DNA of 63,386 nucleotides, counting the filler, from Bonamia ostreae (Eukaryota): assembly GCA_040357525.1 (NCBI GenBank). It is 41 parts of 41 records of this genome, joined end to end, with 100 filler letters (N's around TTAATTAATTAA, not from the genome) between each part and the next. Parts side by side here need not be neighbours in the genome. Positions count along the whole stretch, not along the records: positions 60,409 to 61,847 come from JBDODL010001805.1; positions 61,948 to 63,386 come from JBDODL010001806.1; 39 more parts are not named here. One strand, 5' to 3'. Below, piece by piece: positions 60,409-63,386 of this stretch. The translations under genes and the position numbers were made by a program. The notes beneath the pieces are model-generated. The model searched no databases, was not told the DNA's origin, and worked only from the letters and a program-made list of their open reading frames with translations. Each line of letters starts with the position of its first letter. Positions within the stretch are counted from its first letter, which is position 1.

Positions 60409-61847
60409 TTTTTAGTTAAAAAAGTTCGAACATCAAACCAATTTTGACAGCTTCAGTCCATATTTTTTCATCGGAGAGATAAGAAACTGTGGACATTCTT
60501 CCGTAGAAAATTGGTTCTCTTATTTGTCCCAAGACTATTGCAATTCCAAACATCGCATTTTGCGATTTAATCGAATCCAATTTTTCTATTTTAAATAACA
60601 TTTAGCCAAAAAAATTTAGCCGAAATGAAAATTTTTAAAAACGCCAAAACTCAACAAACAAATCCTTTTCAAACAAATTTGCCATTTTAATTGCAGTCAA
60701 AATCAACTGCTCAAAAAGCTCCAATCTTTGATCTTTGTCGCGCATGTTTTCAATGAAAAATTTTTCGTTTCTTGCGAAAAATTGATTTTCAAACGACGGC
60801 TCAACAATTACTGAATGCCCCAAAATCGTTATTTTTTTCGCCATTTTCTCACAATTTTGCTTTTTTTTTAAAGCGGCGATAACGAAAATTTATGTATATG
60901 TTTTCAAAGTAACAGTGACAAGAAAATTTTGTGAAAGTTTCAGAAAACCTTTGAAGAAGAGAAAAGAACGGCTTTCCCGTTTTTGAGAACAGACTTTGTG
61001 ATCATTTTCTCAAATTCCTTCTTTTTCCACAAAGGCCAAAATCTCATTTTCGCCGAAAATTGAATTCCGTTTTTCGAGTCTTCTTCGAATTTCGTCTGCA
61101 GCAATGGCGAAATGTCGATTATAAACTTAAAAATTGAGCGATTGAAATAAAAAAAAAATTAAAAATTTGCAATTCGAAAAAGTTACTTTATCGATTTTTT
61201 TCTGCGTATTCAAAAAATTTCCGAAAACGACAATTTGATATTTGTTCAATTTTTTCGGCGTTTTCGATTGTTTGTCTAAAGTGCCCAATTTTTCGTTTTT
61301 GTCGATTTTTATGTTTTCGTTTTTTGTAACATTTTTGCTCAATGAACCGATTTTAATCAAAATCGAGAGCAATCCGTCGTTTTCGAGTTTTCTGTCGTTG
61401 TTTTTGAAGATTTTGTTTATTTCTGTTATTAATCGTGTCGCTGGCTATATTTTTACAATTTTTTATCGTCAAATTTTTACTTTTTTTTTCAGAGCTGTTT
61501 TAATAAAAATATTTTTGTTATCAAAACATCCACAATATAAATATCCGTCCAATTATGCACGAAAAAAAGCGCTGTTTTGATTAAACGGGAAAATGTCTTT
61601 TCAAAACCGCAAATTTTTAAATTTAAAATTTGCAAATTTTTGATAAGAAAAATAGCCATTAAAAAGAGAGAATGCAATTTTTCTTCAGAGCAGATTTTGT
61701 TTTGTTCAAAATTTGTGATTTGTTTGCTCAAATGATTTGAAATGATTTCGAAAAAGATTTTTGTGTCGTCGTGTTTTTTGACTTTTGTAGACATTAACAT
61801 TGTTTTTGCAAATCTAAGAGTGTTTTCTCGCAGTAATCGACATTTTG
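60409..61847 (-). CDS. Hypothetical large helical protein, internal multi-exon fragment
   Basis: Series of co-oriented minus ORFs with protist-like codon style. Confidence 0.45.
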
Positions 61848-61947
61848 NNNNNNNNNNNNNNNNNNNNNNNNNNNNNNNNNNNNNNNNNNNNTTAATTAAT
61901 TAANNNNNNNNNNNNNNNNNNNNNNNNNNNNNNNNNNNNNNNNNNNN

Positions 61948-62085
61948 AATTGAAAAAGAATTTTAAAAATCGAAAATTGAAAAAATTGAAAAAGAATTTT
62001 AAAAAATCGAAAATTGTAAAAATTGAAAAAGAAATTTAAAAAATCAAAAATTGAAAAAATTGAAAAAGAATTTTAAAAAAATTGA
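61948..62085. repeat. About 38-bp A-rich minisatellite, intronic
   Basis: aattgaaaaagaattttaaaaatcgaaaattgaaa unit, about 4 copies, downstream of a GTTTTT donor (minus). Confidence 0.8.
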
Positions 62086-62108
62086 AAATCGGAAAAGAGA
62101 TTAAAAAC

Positions 62109-62918
62109 GTTGACACTATCGGGAGAATAATATTTGACAAATCCGTATCCTTTTTGACGACCGGTTTCTCTGTCTTTGGGAACAAAGCACTCTTCGATCG
62201 GTCCATATTGCTTAAAAACGTCTTTCAGCGTTTCGGCGTCGATTTCGTCGCCCAAATTTCTTATGAAAATCTGATGTTCGCGTCGTTTATCCATTTCTGA
62301 CGCTTCAAATTTAAAATATTGAAACTGACAATATCGTAATTTTGGCCGTTGCCATTGCTGTTGGCGTTGGCGAATTTCGGCGACTTTCTTTTTTCGCTCC
62401 GATAATTGTACTCCGCAAAGTGGACATAAGCCGTTCTGTCGCCGATTGTGACTTTTCCTTCTTTTAGAGCATTCATCGCGCCAGAATAGTCGGCGTAAGT
62501 GACGAATGCAAATCCTTTCGGCGTTTTGGTTTCGGGGTCCATTACCATCAGACATTCTTCAAGTTTTCCGTACTTTTCCATGGCGGCTTTGAAATCTTTT
62601 TCTTTGGTGTTGAAGCCAATAGAGCGCACGAAAACCTTTCGCAGCTCTTTCTTTTGATTGATTTTTTCCTTTATTTGTTAGTTTTGTAAAAATTAAAGGG
62701 CGGTTTTTATTATATGTAAATGTGTTAATGAAGACCATAATGGCTTTAAGAAATTTTTCGTTGTCCTTTTCGAGTGAAAAGAGAGTGATGAAATCGATCA
62801 GTTCCTCGAAACCGATTCTTTCGACGCTCTTTCTCAGAACAGCGAAGGATTTTCCGCTTTCGGAACCGGTTTCTGGCTTTTGAGTTTCTTCATCAACTTT
62901 ACGCTTTTTGCTGTCCAT
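62109..62918 (-). CDS. Two-RRM RNA-binding protein (UBA2/hnRNP A-like), 3' partial
   Basis: RKVFVRSI/KGFAFVTY and QIFIRNL/KGYGFVKY; helical N-terminal extension as in UBP1-associated protein 2; 23-nt intron at 62303-62325. Confidence 0.88.
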
Positions 62919-63386
62919 AGTTAGAATTAAAATTTAGCAGAGCTTAAAATACTTTTAATGTTTTATTAATATAACTAGTTTTTTCGTTGTTTGAAGTTTG
63001 TTATATAATTATTGGATCAGTTGCTGAAGTTTTATGGCTCGATTTTCATATAATAATTGGTTATATCAATAGTAATTGATCATTTAAAAAACAGTTTTTT
63101 TTAAATTTAATGAACAAATTTCAAAATGGTTTGAAGAACGTTTTTAATGTATTTTTTTATCGATAGCAATTTTTCATTTTGGGAATATTTGAAGATGCGC
63201 CATTTTAAACATATATTAACATATTGCACATATTTTTAAATTTTTATTTTTAATATTTATCTCATGGCGATTTGCTTTAAATTGACTTTCTTTTATTTGA
63301 TGACGAGTTATCGACTATTTTTTAACTTGATTTTTTCAAACTTTTTAAATATGTTTTAATGATCTTATTTTCTAAGCAATCCTTTA

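Noticed and set aside
1506-61903. Regularly spaced TTAATTAATTAA repeats resembling a CRISPR-like or periodic array
   Set aside because: Always centred in 44+44 Ns: a synthetic six-frame-stop linker.

Overview
This window is not a contiguous locus. It is 41 unrelated contigs of about 1.44-1.46 kb, sorted by decreasing length and joined by 40 artificial 100-bp linkers (N44-TTAATTAATTAA-N44). At least three, possibly four, sources are mixed. (1) A very AT-rich, gene-dense eukaryotic microbe with ultra-short 19-28 nt GT-AG introns and about 30-40 bp intergenic spacers. It contributes calcineurin A, GlyRS, RPN9, CAP-G, transportin, UBR1-like, VPS37, MRPL47, eIF2B-epsilon, CIAO1, a GT25, tRNA-Lys and probably LINE fragments; an oyster-parasite protist such as the haplosporidian Bonamia is my inference. 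(2) Animal, probably bivalve, host DNA with ordinary GTRAGT introns, MEGF/D8C exons, a SINE, a MITE and a decayed RecQ-like gene. (3) One phage-like contig with Bacteroidota-type promoters, one of which sits directly in front of a hairpin-rich noncoding tract (candidate novel ncRNA). (4) One contig whose coiled-coil-like frame is interrupted by TAA, TAG and TGA (possible reassigned genetic code or C>T-mutated gene). Other highlights are an intron-containing PD-(D/E)xK nuclease resembling Crinkler/HsdR-type REase domains, a small secreted Cys-rich protein and a G-gamma-like gene missed by the ORF track. All family assignments come from motif recognition by eye, not database searches.
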